Assembly (NCBI GenBank): GCA_020635205.1
Contig: JACKAE010000003.1
Span: 581,054-645,053 of the forward strand
Reading direction: 5' to 3'
Length of the DNA stretch: 64,000 nt
Source of the DNA: Ignavibacteria bacterium
GTDB lineage: Bacteria > Bacteroidota > Ignavibacteria > OLB7
The notes beneath the pieces are model-generated. The model ran no database searches and had not been told where the DNA came from. It was given only the letters and a program-made list of their open reading frames with translations. Position numbers and translations under genes: made by a program. Shown piece by piece: positions 17,767-27,156 of the stretch (positions within the stretch are counted from its first letter, which is position 1; each line of letters opens with the position of its first letter).

Positions 17767-19035
17767 TCACTGAATTCTCGTGTTCACGACATTGTTGAAG
17801 ATCGACCCGAACCGATAGCTAAGTCCGAGGCTTGTGTAGTAGCTAAAATTGGTTGCCAGTTGCTGTTGGCGCAGAAGAATCTGTGCTGGTGTCGCTTGTC
17901 CTTTCGGGAGAGCAAGCTGGTCACGAATGGAATTGATACCGGCGTACATCGTACAAGACACCCCTTTGAACAACCGAAAGTTCAGCAGTGCACTGACGCC
18001 GATATTATACTTACTGATATCGTGGAAGTAGTGTGAGCCATAGACTGAAAGACTGGCAGAACCCCACGTCTGCAAACTTTCAAAGCTCGCCGAGAGAGAT
18101 TCTGAGAAGAGGACTTCATTCAACTTGTCGTAGATCGTCTCCTCCCGATAGTTCGCAGAGATCACGTTCATTCGATAGAGAAACTGGAATTGTCGTTGTG
18201 TCGCCTCATCGTAGGGATAGATGTTGTACTCCAGCGCTGGGGCTGCACTGATTGTCAACCGATTATTGCCGAACGTACCTGAAGAGGCTGAAAAGAACCC
18301 ACCTGCCGACCAGTGATCGCCGAGACTCTTCACCAGAAGTCCATTCCCATTGTAGTTCCGGGTAATGCCAATGATCGTTGTCACATCATCTAAATCGAAA
18401 CGACTCTCGGAGTAATTAAATCCAGTGCTAAGTGCTGCCTTCCACTCTGGTGTCACGTGATCTGCCTTGATACTTCCACTTAGGGTTGCAGAAGATGACG
18501 AAGACTCCCCAGTAGTGTAGCCCGTCAGCGATACAGAGAAGACCCAACTGTTCCATGGGTCCTCCTCTCTAACCGAAGAGAGTTCACTCGTCGGTTGGCT
18601 GTAGCTCACGTTGATACGGCCAGCTAAGGGAGTCCGGACAACGTAGCGCATCAATCCAATCTCTAAGTAGCGGAGGAATATCTCACGGCGCTCCGCTTCT
18701 GTTGCCGACTCTGGAGTAGAAAACCGGAGGGTGTCGTTGGCTCCCTCAAACGGATCACGTACGACCATCGCCACTGTATACTCTGTCCCACCCGACCCGG
18801 TTGGCTGTGTGGTGACCAGCAGGTGAACTTGAGCCTCCTTCGGTTCGCGAACATAGTTTACGTACGTAATCTCCGAACGGATGTGAGCCTCCCAACATGC
18901 GGAGCAATCGATGTAGAGACGAAGGGCTTCGTCGCGCGAAGAGCCGGTAGAGATTGCACTGTCCTGAGCGGAGAGACTTGCCACAACAAACAAGAGTGCG
19001 AGAGAATAGGAGAGGGCATTCATAATAGTACACAC
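17767..19035 (-). CDS. Putative outer-membrane beta-barrel protein (unknown family)
   Basis: The ORF is 422 aa with signal peptide MNALSYSLALLFVVASLSAQ. Its second half has alternating, aromatic-rich strand-like sequence and ends in LGLSYRFGSIF. Confidence 0.65.
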   Translation of the reverse strand: MCTIMNALSYSLALLFVVASLSAQDSAISTGSSRDEALRLYIDCSACWEAHIRSEITYVNYVREPKEAQVHLLVTTQPTGSGGTEYTVAMVVRDPFEGANDTLRFSTPESATEAERREIFLRYLEIGLMRYVVRTPLAGRINVSYSQPTSELSSVREEDPWNSWVFSVSLTGYTTGESSSSSATLSGSIKADHVTPEWKAALSTGFNYSESRFDLDDVTTIIGITRNYNGNGLLVKSLGDHWSAGGFFSASSGTFGNNRLTISAAPALEYNIYPYDEATQRQFQFLYRMNVISANYREETIYDKLNEVLFSESLSASFESLQTWGSASLSVYGSHYFHDISKYNIGVSALLNFRLFKGVSCTMYAGINSIRDQLALPKGQATPAQILLRQQQLATNFSYYTSLGLSYRFGSIFNNVVNTRIQ

Positions 19036-19203
19036 AGGTTAACCTTGTAAAACAGCCATGAAGGAACCTACATGATATTTTTGATTTAGCAAAGAAAGAT
19101 TCCTTTGCCACTTCTATCTACAATAATAAGCTGTTCGCAGCCTTCGAGAGTGAGGCTTCAAAGAGACTTGTGGTGTTGCACTTTCATTTGCCGCACGTAT
19201 ACC

Positions 19204-19743
19204 CTACTTTTCCTCAACCTTGTACTGCCGTAACTTCGCGTCGAGCAATGTCCCCCAAAGTCGGTCGTAGGGGTGAACCTCTTCAACTTGTTGGTCTTCC
19301 CGGTAGACAGGTTTCCCCTCGTTGGCCCACCGAAAGATGGAACCTTGCAGGTTTACCACGTTCGTGAAGCCAGCCTTCTCAAGCCGTTCGGCAAGTTGCG
19401 ATGAACGATAACCAACCGAACAGTAGGCAACGATTGGTTGATCTCTGTCGAGCGTGTCGAGATCGGGAAACGTTGTGGCGTCCGGGTCAATTTGGTGTGC
19501 GTCCCACAGGTGGCTGACCGCATACTCACCTGGCTGGCGAGCGTCGAGGATCAATGGCTGCGGCAAAGTTGAGTCGGCAAGCCATCGTGCTAACGAATCT
19601 GTTGTGATCTGCTGAACTTCAGGAAAATCGTTCTCAATCATCGTCTCTACCATTTGCCACGACTGTTCCTGACTACATGCTGGTAAGGGGAGCGCAAGCC
19701 CGAGCAACAGTGCTCCCCGTCGTATCAATCTTGTATGCTTCAT
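19204..19743 (-). CDS. Rhodanese-domain sulfurtransferase lipoprotein
   Basis: The active-site loop is CSVGYRSSQ. The likely start is the ATG at 19743, giving MKHTRLIRRGALLLGLALPLPACSQ. The track ORF extends upstream to 19842. Confidence 0.85.
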   Translation of the reverse strand: MKHTRLIRRGALLLGLALPLPACSQEQSWQMVETMIENDFPEVQQITTDSLARWLADSTLPQPLILDARQPGEYAVSHLWDAHQIDPDATTFPDLDTLDRDQPIVAYCSVGYRSSQLAERLEKAGFTNVVNLQGSIFRWANEGKPVYREDQQVEEVHPYDRLWGTLLDAKLRQYKVEEK

Positions 19744-19916
19744 AATCCTAAGGTAAACATTCACACTCTGGACTTCACTTATTCCCGCTCCCCTGTTCCC
19801 TATTCCCCTCTCCAAGAAACCGTCACAAACTAAGCTCCTCACCCCTTCCTCCTCACTCCCTCTTCTGACGTATCTTTCCCCTTCTACTATTAACTACTCA
19901 CTACATACCAATAACT

Positions 19917-20915
19917 ATGTCCAAAACATTCCGAGCACTTATTGTGGAAGAGAATCCCGACGGCACTCCAGACCGCTACATCGGCGAGCGCAACACTGAC
20001 GAACTTCCGGCAGGTGACGTGTTAATCCGGGTGACCCACTCCGGTTTGAACTACAAAGATGCTCTCTCCGCTTCAATCCACAAGGGAATTACGCGAACCT
20101 ACCCACACACCCCCGGTCTCGACGCCTCCGGCATCGTTGATGAGAGCAACAACGCTGAGTTCAAGCCGGGAGATCGCGTTCTGGTTACCGGCTACGACCT
20201 CGGCATGAACACAGCAGGTGGTTTCGGCGAATATATCCGTGTCCCTGCTGAGTGGGTGGTTCCTCTGCCAGAAGCTCTCTCCCTTCGCGAAGGCATGATT
20301 CTCGGCACAGCAGGATTCACCGCCGCCCTCGCGATCTACCGACTTGAGCGGCATGGTCTAACCCCTAAGAGTGGGTCAGTACTCGTTACTGGAGCAACTG
20401 GGGGCGTTGGAAGTATGGGGGTGATGATGCTCGCCCGCTCCGGCTACCACGTTGTCGCCTCCACGGGAAAACTCGATGAGCTTGATTACCTGAGAGAGCT
20501 TGGTGCAGCCGAAGTGATCCACCGAGATCAGATCAACGACAACTCCGACAAACCTCTTCTCACCCGACGCTGGGCTGGAGCAATCGACACGGTTGGGGGA
20601 AGACCGTTAGCACGACTCTTGGCCGCAATGGACTACGAGGGGGGAATCGCCGTCTGCGGCAACGTGGCTGGGGTTGACCTCTCTACAACTGTCTACCCCT
20701 TCATTCTACGGGGCGCAGCACTGATCGGCATCAACTCCGCCACCACCCCAATGCCCCTCCGTCGCGAACTCTGGAACCGTATCGCCACCGAGTGGAAGAA
20801 CGAACTTCTCGAGGAAATGGCTCACGACGTGACGTTGGAACAAATCGACGACGAGATCGAGCGTATCTTGCGAGGAGAACAACGTGGGCGGGTGGTGTTG
20901 GAACACAGAGGATAA
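19917..20915 (+). CDS. acuI: YhdH/AcuI-type MDR oxidoreductase (acrylyl-CoA/quinone reductase family)
   Basis: The ORF is 332 aa. Its N-terminus FRALIVEE...LPAGDVLIRVTHSGLNYKDAL and nucleotide-binding VLVTGATGGVGS are collinear with E. coli YhdH as I remember it. Confidence 0.8.
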   Translation: MSKTFRALIVEENPDGTPDRYIGERNTDELPAGDVLIRVTHSGLNYKDALSASIHKGITRTYPHTPGLDASGIVDESNNAEFKPGDRVLVTGYDLGMNTAGGFGEYIRVPAEWVVPLPEALSLREGMILGTAGFTAALAIYRLERHGLTPKSGSVLVTGATGGVGSMGVMMLARSGYHVVASTGKLDELDYLRELGAAEVIHRDQINDNSDKPLLTRRWAGAIDTVGGRPLARLLAAMDYEGGIAVCGNVAGVDLSTTVYPFILRGAALIGINSATTPMPLRRELWNRIATEWKNELLEEMAHDVTLEQIDDEIERILRGEQRGRVVLEHRG

Positions 20916-20952
20916 TTCCACAATTCAAAAGGCAAAATTAAAAATTCAAAAG
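20914..20952 (+). repeat. AT-rich dispersed repeat, copy 1 (GGCAAAATT variant)
   Basis: aattccacaattcaaaaggcaaaattaaaaattcaaaag begins on the TAA stop (20913-20915) of the acuI-like gene and is in sense orientation relative to it. Confidence 0.85.
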
Positions 20953-20979
20953 AGGGGATGGAGAGTAGGGATTCCTTAT

Positions 20980-21085
20980 CTTCATCGGAAGCAAAGTCGA
21001 GCGAAGGGTCTCTCCGGCTTTGTAGAGCAGAACCAGATGCAGTGCACACCCTGCGAGGCTCCCTTCGGTAGACCTGAGAAAACAG
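20980..21085 (+). repeat. Diverged copy of the palindromic S/H unit family
   Basis: cttcatcggaagcaaagtcgagcgaagggtctctccgg and ccctgcgaggctcccttcgg resemble the units at 25276-25403 and 30784-30883. Confidence 0.45.
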
Positions 21086-21187
21086 ATGACGCTCCCCTTG
21101 CTGAATTCTCACTCTGCACAGACAGAACCCTTCAGACATCCTCCCTACGTATCGAAAATCATCATTCACTAAAAACTTGCGATCACC

Positions 21188-23329
21188 ATGAATCTTTATC
21201 GATTCGCATTACGCCTTCTCGTTCTCCTCTTCCTCTGGGGTACATCCACGCAACTCTCTGCACAAGTTTGGTCTTCGTTAGGTCTTGAGGGAGGAGATGT
21301 CTACGCTATTGCGTACGACTCGGCAACTGAAACACTCTATGCCAGCAGCACAACCAAGACATACTGGCTAAAGAAAGGAGAACAGGTATGGCAATCCTCT
21401 ACTTCCAACACCGACGATCTTGGTGGCTCTATCTCTCAACTGCTCATTCACGACAATGTGATGATCGGCACAGTCGGTTGCTGTTCTCTCAAACGTTCAT
21501 TCGATTACGGAAAGACTTGGCAGACACTCGACTCTGTCAGTACAACAGCCCTCCGACGCCCACTTCTCACGCAATTGCGCGACACACTCTACATATTTAC
21601 TGATATACCGGCAGTGCTTCGTTACAGCACTGATAATGGAACCAGTTGGACTGCAATTGACACAATCCCATTTTTTAATCCATACCGTTTTTACAACGAT
21701 GGAAAGAATCTATATGTCGGTGCTTCAAACGGCTTTTACCGCAGAGAGGATGATGGCACGTGGAACAACAAGATAGGGCCGAATACCTCTGCCGCATTGG
21801 CTGCACAGTTTACAGGTGATACGATTGTTCTCCAAGGGAACTTTGGGGCAGGTCTTTTCCGTTCGTTTAATCGTGGCCAGGAGTGGACTCCCCTTCCTCC
21901 AATTAAATCTCTACTTAGTATCTATACCTTTGTTCTCCAGAATGATACGATCTGGGTCGGAACATCTGATGGCCTATACGCAACTCCGCTCGACGAAACT
22001 ACCTGGGTCAGAATGGACTCCGCTTCTACCACTCTCTTGAGTCAGACAGACATCGTGTTTATGGGTGAGCAACTTGTTCTTGCCACTGGAGCTGGAGTTT
22101 ATGCGTGGGAACCGGAGAACAGAGTGATCCATCCATTCCATGCCGGCTGGAATAGCCTCTCAGTTTCCCAGTTCACGTTGTCGAGCAACAAACTGCCTAC
22201 CGAGTCACTGATAGCACTGGCTCAGAATGGCCTTTACATCAGAAACACGGCCAACGAGGAGTGGATCAGAAGGAGCGGGCCACGAGGCCTTGGAGCCGAA
22301 AAGATTTTCCAGACTGGAGGTAAACTCTACGCAATTCTGGCAGATGTAGACTCACTCTATGTTTCGGAGAACAATGCGAGAAGCTGGACTTCCCACTTGA
22401 TTAACCGGGCAAATGACCTTCACCCAACACGGATTCACGCAGTGGAAGATACAATTCTTGTTGGAGGATCGAGCGGCACAATCTATCTCTCAAATGATGG
22501 TGCAAAGAGTTGGGAGAGAATTACACTCCCAAGGCCAGAGGCAATCTCCGATATTACCGGAACAGGTTCTCTTTTCTTTGCAACCATTGCAGACCCAGTA
22601 ACGAAACTCTATCGTTCGGTAGATGGAGAGAAAGAGTGGACACTTATAGGACTCCCCGACAACAATACTCATGGAAGAATTATCCGCTATGCGAACAACA
22701 CCCTCTATCTGGGGACAAGTGAACATGGACTCTACCGTTCCTTTGATCAAGGGGCGAATTGGAACAGGATATACACTCCCTTCCCACAAGTTGATTCGGG
22801 GGGGACTCCCATCACCTCAATTCTATCGCTTGATGTCTATGGAGACACAGTCTTCGTCTACGTTAGAGATACCACCACGCTTTCTAAGAGCGCACTATAC
22901 AGTTCGATAGATAACGGGACAACTTGGGTGAGAATGGAGTTGCCCATTGATAGTAAGGCAGTAGGACTCACTGCCTTCCCAGATCGTTCACAACTGCTGA
23001 TCGGAACAGATGGTAGCGGAGCCTATGGTACTGCATTAGTACTCAGCTCTGTTCAGGAGCTACAAAGGGGAAGGAACAACAGCGCGACACTCGGCTTCAA
23101 CGGAGGCGAGAGACAAGTTGAGTGGAAACTCGAACACCCCTCAACCATCACAATCACCCTCCACTCTATCGAGGGCAAAAACGTTGCCACGCTCTTCGAG
23201 GGGCATGCCGGAGCTGGAAGCCATACGCTTCCACTTCCCGAGCTTTCCCTCCCAACTGGAAACTATATCTGTGTCTTGCGGATGGAATCAGGTGAGATGG
23301 TTTCGATGGTGGTGCGAATAAAAAATTAA
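21188..23329 (+). CDS. Secreted BNR/Ycf48-like beta-propeller repeat protein with T9SS C-terminal sorting domain
   Basis: The ORF is 713 aa with a signal peptide. It has about eight S-x-D-x-G-x-(T/S)-W type repeats (SFDYGKTW, STDNGTSW, SNDGAKSW, SVDGEKEW, SIDNGTTW and others). The C-terminus is ...TITLHSIEGKNVATLFEG...GNYICVLRMESGEMVSMVVRIKN. Confidence 0.8.
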   Translation: MNLYRFALRLLVLLFLWGTSTQLSAQVWSSLGLEGGDVYAIAYDSATETLYASSTTKTYWLKKGEQVWQSSTSNTDDLGGSISQLLIHDNVMIGTVGCCSLKRSFDYGKTWQTLDSVSTTALRRPLLTQLRDTLYIFTDIPAVLRYSTDNGTSWTAIDTIPFFNPYRFYNDGKNLYVGASNGFYRREDDGTWNNKIGPNTSAALAAQFTGDTIVLQGNFGAGLFRSFNRGQEWTPLPPIKSLLSIYTFVLQNDTIWVGTSDGLYATPLDETTWVRMDSASTTLLSQTDIVFMGEQLVLATGAGVYAWEPENRVIHPFHAGWNSLSVSQFTLSSNKLPTESLIALAQNGLYIRNTANEEWIRRSGPRGLGAEKIFQTGGKLYAILADVDSLYVSENNARSWTSHLINRANDLHPTRIHAVEDTILVGGSSGTIYLSNDGAKSWERITLPRPEAISDITGTGSLFFATIADPVTKLYRSVDGEKEWTLIGLPDNNTHGRIIRYANNTLYLGTSEHGLYRSFDQGANWNRIYTPFPQVDSGGTPITSILSLDVYGDTVFVYVRDTTTLSKSALYSSIDNGTTWVRMELPIDSKAVGLTAFPDRSQLLIGTDGSGAYGTALVLSSVQELQRGRNNSATLGFNGGERQVEWKLEHPSTITITLHSIEGKNVATLFEGHAGAGSHTLPLPELSLPTGNYICVLRMESGEMVSMVVRIKN

Positions 23330-23433
23330 AATCAGGAATGGAGAACGGCTCTATGCTTCTGCCACCCTCCCCCCATTCAAAACTTATAGCCGAGCAGGAG
23401 ATTTTGTACGGGTAAATAGAGACAGTACACCTA

Positions 23434-24201
23434 TTACTCGCCAATCTCTCCCTCATCCTCCACAGCATAATATTTCAAGTGCTGATATGATAGCCCGAGG
23501 TGGAAGCCGGCGAAGGCTCCGGGGCTGTCGTGTGAAGCATTCTGCGCTGCGTTAATTGGGACGAGTCCGTGATCTCCAATTAGCTCAAGCTGAATTGGAA
23601 TTGTTGCCGTCAACCGAATTGCATCGTTCTCGTTGAAGGCAAATTCATAACCAAATCCGAAGCCGAAACTCAAACCGAGTCCGCGTGGTGGCTCGCGGTC
23701 GAGAAACTCCAAGTCGACTGCATCAACGTGGTTCGGCTGCGCTCCTGTCATCACCGAGAGGCCAAAGCGAAGGGGAGCAAACGCTCCACTCTCCCCCGGC
23801 TGCCACTCCCCCGAAAACCAGTGGCGGAAGGTAAACTCTGCACTGTAGATACAGTATGGGGTCACAGGTGCGATGAACCAAGAATCTTGGTTGATACTAT
23901 CCTTATATATCACACGCTGATCCGTGACTTCACCTCGAATCAATCGGAAGAGTATTCCGCTGTAGAAGGTGTATGGCTCCTCACTCTTTCCGATATATTC
24001 AATCTCGACAGAGGGAGCAATTGGCTTATATGGCCCGCCTAACATAAAGACTGGACCACCACCTATCACATACCCTTCTCGATAGAATGTCTGCGCTGCA
24101 AGAGAGTGACAAATAAGGAGGAGAAGAAACGGAAGAGAGATTCTGCAGAAGAAGAGAAGAGATCGGCGGGAAGATCCTTCGTATTGATGATGTTGGCACA
24201 T
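23434..24201 (-). CDS. Hypothetical secreted or outer-membrane protein
   Basis: The likely start is the ATG at 24201 (MCQHHQYEGSSRRSLLFFCRISLPFLLLLICHSLAAQ). The sequence is Gly/aromatic-rich and strand-like. I recognised no domain. Confidence 0.55.
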   Translation of the reverse strand: MCQHHQYEGSSRRSLLFFCRISLPFLLLLICHSLAAQTFYREGYVIGGGPVFMLGGPYKPIAPSVEIEYIGKSEEPYTFYSGILFRLIRGEVTDQRVIYKDSINQDSWFIAPVTPYCIYSAEFTFRHWFSGEWQPGESGAFAPLRFGLSVMTGAQPNHVDAVDLEFLDREPPRGLGLSFGFGFGYEFAFNENDAIRLTATIPIQLELIGDHGLVPINAAQNASHDSPGAFAGFHLGLSYQHLKYYAVEDEGEIGE

Positions 24202-24563
24202 GTATGCTGGTGGAGAATAGGTTTGCAGAAAAATGCTATTGAAGATTCTGGAATTTATCTGCGTTGTGAGAAGTAATCTTTGTACTCTCACGCTCCGCAA
24301 ATATACTCAGCCCAATGCCAGATGCTACTGAGTTGCTCTCGGACTTCCGGCGATTGGCATCCGCGTAGTGAAGAGCACTTGAACAGTTGCAGAGTATCCT
24401 ATCGGGGAGAAAAGCACCAACCTTCTGTATATTGGTAAATGAATCTGCCGGTTAACTGCGAGAGATGGTGATGATAGACTCGCCTTACACTTGCTGAACC
24501 GGTATCGACCTGAAAGTCGAAGTTGCGCCAACGTTCAATCAGAAGCTACTGTGAACCAACCTC

Positions 24564-25151
24564 TTGTTATCTATGTTTGATCGAAGCTGGGATGTATTAG
24601 CAATTGCTGGTCCATCTGGCGTTGGCAAATCTCGCCTTAGTTACTCACTTGCACGGCACTATGATCTCCCAATCGTTGAGGTTGACGATCTCTTTCATGC
24701 TGTCGAAGCATTAACAACACCAGACCAGCAGCCACTAATCCACTTTTGGCGGACACACCCTGAGTCAGCCGACTTCCCTGCCACCAAAGTTTTAGAACTC
24801 TTCCTCGAAGTTAGTCGCGCAATATCTCCGGCAGTAAGGTCGGTGATCGACAACCACATCGAAACCCAAATGCCTGTTGTTTTAGATGGCGACTATATTC
24901 TTCCTGAGTTAATCGCGGAGTATTCAGATCGGGTGAAATCAATTTTCCTGTACGAGGAGAACCACCATCAAATCGTAGATAACTACCTTCAGCGCGAACC
25001 AATGGCAGGCGATCAACACAAGAGAGCTGAGGTAAGTCTGCTGTTCGGAGATTGGCTACGTGATGAGTGTAAGCGGCTTGGCTTCCTTGCAATGCCTGCT
25101 CGACCATGGGAGACGGTAGTGGAACGTGCTGTTGCAGCCGTGGCGAAATAG
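24564..25151 (+). CDS. P-loop NTPase/kinase-like protein
   Basis: The ORF is 195 aa and has a Walker A motif in IAGPSGVGKSRLS. Confidence 0.7.
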   Translation: MLSMFDRSWDVLAIAGPSGVGKSRLSYSLARHYDLPIVEVDDLFHAVEALTTPDQQPLIHFWRTHPESADFPATKVLELFLEVSRAISPAVRSVIDNHIETQMPVVLDGDYILPELIAEYSDRVKSIFLYEENHHQIVDNYLQREPMAGDQHKRAEVSLLFGDWLRDECKRLGFLAMPARPWETVVERAVAAVAK

Positions 25152-25275
25152 TATTTCGGTCGCTTTCGGATTGAGGGAGATTGAGAGTTGATAATTCATC
25201 CTCACCTCGCCTCTAAGAAGCTGTTTTGGAATTCGATACGATCTATCCGTACGGCGAGCTTCTTGAAAGTTCAGA

Positions 25276-25403
25276 CAGTCCTGCTGAGGTCTTCCGAAGC
25301 ATCTCACCGGTGAAGAACCACCGCACCTCTCCCTTCCTTACCATTCCCTCCACTCTTCCTGCGAGACTCTTCGCTTCGCCTTCGGCTATGCTCAGAGTGA
25401 CAG
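25276..25403 (+). repeat. Palindromic S/H repeat unit pair
   Basis: The H unit is cagtcctgctgaggtcttccgaagcatctcaccgg (25276-25310). The S unit is cctgcgagactcttcgcttcgccttcggctatgctcagagtgacag (25358-25403). S is approximately the reverse complement of H. Confidence 0.8.
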
Positions 25404-25462
25404 TCTGGTTTCTGCGTGATCGTGTTCCATCGCTACCCAGCATGGTATTTCCCTAACAGCCT

Positions 25463-25690
25463 CTAAGCACGTGATCCCGCTCTCTCATTTAAGCGCTCAA
25501 GAGTTTTCTCTCCGACAAAGAGGAGAAGATAACCGCCGTCGAGACAGACACGGCTCCGATCAGCTTTTGCCATCACATATTTGGGTCCCAACAACCCCGC
25601 CTCAGTTGTTCGGAACATGGCGTGAGCGTGAAACATCGAGAACGAAGTCTCTTCGGTTAGATTTTCGCTTTGACAGACTGGACAGTGCAT
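25463..25690 (-). CDS. Possible small zinc-ribbon protein
   Basis: The ORF is 75 aa and starts MHCPVCQSENL. There is only one clear CxxC pair and I judged no RBS. It may be non-coding. Confidence 0.3.
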   Translation of the reverse strand: MHCPVCQSENLTEETSFSMFHAHAMFRTTEAGLLGPKYVMAKADRSRVCLDGGYLLLFVGEKTLERLNERAGSRA

Positions 25691-25714
25691 TTGTATTAGG
25701 GGTTGTGGATTGCT

Positions 25715-25777
25715 AATTGCGGATTGAGATTCAGAGATTCATTTCTACAACGCTCGATCCCCTACCAATCCGCAATT
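25715..25777. repeat. Perfect 12-bp inverted repeat just downstream of the fabI stop (possible terminator)
   Basis: aattgcggattg (25715-25726) and caatccgcaatt (25766-25777) enclose a 39-bp loop that contains caacgctcgatccc. Confidence 0.8.
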
Positions 25778-25781
25778 CCAA

Positions 25782-26672
25782 TCAGTCCATATCCAAATGG
25801 TCAAACCCGGCTCCATCGATCAACTCCTGATCTTTCAATGCTTCGTGGAAGAGGCGGAGCATCGGAAGTGTAGTGCCGATAGAACTGTAACCGCCGTCGT
25901 GGTAAAGGTTCTGCATCGTCACCTTCCGCGTCAGGTCGCTCAACAGAGTTGCAACGTAGTCGGCACACTCTTCGGCAGTTGCGTTGCCGAGAGGAGACGT
26001 GCGGTCGGCAAACTCATACATCTTGTCGAAGTTGTCGATGCCACTCCCGGCACGGGTTGGCGTTGGTGACTGCGAGACGGTGTTGATCCGAATCTTTCGG
26101 GTGGCGAGTCGGCTGCCATAACTCCGGACAATTGATTCGAGGAGTGCTTTCGCATCCCCCATATCGGAATAGGTGGAATAGTTTCTCTGAGCTGCGATGT
26201 AACTCATCGCCACGATGCTCGCGCCGTCAGCAACCGCATCGTTGTCGAGTGCTGCGGTAATCATCTTGTGCAGAGAGATGGCCGAGACATCAAGTGTTCG
26301 CAGATACCAGTCGTAGTTTACCTGACGGTATGACTTCCCCTTGCGGATGTTCTGCGACATTCCGAGGGAGTGAACGATAAAGTCAAGCTGCCCAACTTCT
26401 TCCCTTACTTTCGAGAAGAGTCCGTTCAGTTCCTCGACATTCGATGCGTCGCAGGGAATTACGGTTGCCCCCCCACAGGCTTCGGCCAGTCCGTCGAGTG
26501 CCCCAATGCGGAGAGCAACTGCAACGTTACTCAACACAAGCTGCGCCCCTTCGCGGCAAGCGGCTAAGGCTATCTGCCAACCAATGCTGCTTTCGTCGAG
26601 CGCGCCAAATACAATCCCCTTCTTCCCTTTGAGAAGGCCATATCCCTCGTGAGCTACCTGTTGTTCTGCCAT
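25782..26672 (-). CDS. fabI: Enoyl-[acyl-carrier-protein] reductase (NADH), FabI type
   Basis: The ORF is 296 aa. It has GLLKGKKGIVFGALDESSIGW (a Rossmann variant typical of FabI) and Tyr-x6-Lys in YSDMGDAK. Confidence 0.9.
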   Translation of the reverse strand: MAEQQVAHEGYGLLKGKKGIVFGALDESSIGWQIALAACREGAQLVLSNVAVALRIGALDGLAEACGGATVIPCDASNVEELNGLFSKVREEVGQLDFIVHSLGMSQNIRKGKSYRQVNYDWYLRTLDVSAISLHKMITAALDNDAVADGASIVAMSYIAAQRNYSTYSDMGDAKALLESIVRSYGSRLATRKIRINTVSQSPTPTRAGSGIDNFDKMYEFADRTSPLGNATAEECADYVATLLSDLTRKVTMQNLYHDGGYSSIGTTLPMLRLFHEALKDQELIDGAGFDHLDMD

Positions 26673-26808
26673 GCTGTTCTGTTACTCGTTTAATTCAGGA
26701 AAGGCCGGGAAAATACGGAGAATTGAGAAAGTTGCCCTCTCCATCCAATTCTTTTAAGAGGTTTTTAAGGTTTGATTAGAGAATAGTACTGTAGCGAAAA
26801 TCTATGAG

Positions 26809-26876
26809 ATTTCGGATTTGAGATAGTGAATTGTGGATTGAGGCGCAACGCTCGACTCCAAATCTGAAATCCGAAA
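26809..26876. repeat. Imperfect inverted repeat between fabI and the zinc-ribbon ORF
   Basis: atttcggatttgaga (26809-23) pairs with aaatctgaaatccgaaa (26860-76). The loop contains ttgtggattg and caacgctcgactcc, as in the repeat at 25715-25777. An extra direct copy aaatctgaaatt lies at 26881-92. Confidence 0.75.
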
Positions 26877-26897
26877 ACCTAAATCTGAAATTAATAA

Positions 26898-27131
26898 ATG
26901 ACTGACATGAACAGTTGGACACGATGCCGCCGATGTGGAGGGGTGAACGATTACGATGCCACAAACTGCTATCTCTGCGGATGCGAAACCTTGGCCAATG
27001 CCTGCACCCACTGCGGAACCCCCTTCGCGAACCCACTCGACACCAGATGCCCCGCCTGCAACGAACCATACGACACAAGAAGATTAAACGAAAGAAATGC
27101 CGAATTTGAACCGAATTCGGGAGAAACGTAA
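26898..27131 (+). CDS. Double zinc-ribbon mini-protein
   Basis: The ORF is 77 aa with four CxxC pairs (CRRC, CYLC, CTHC, CPAC). It ends 25-65 nt before the large regulator gene on the same strand. Confidence 0.5.
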   Translation: MTDMNSWTRCRRCGGVNDYDATNCYLCGCETLANACTHCGTPFANPLDTRCPACNEPYDTRRLNERNAEFEPNSGET

Positions 27132-27156
27132 CGGCGATTGAACGAGTAACGCTATC

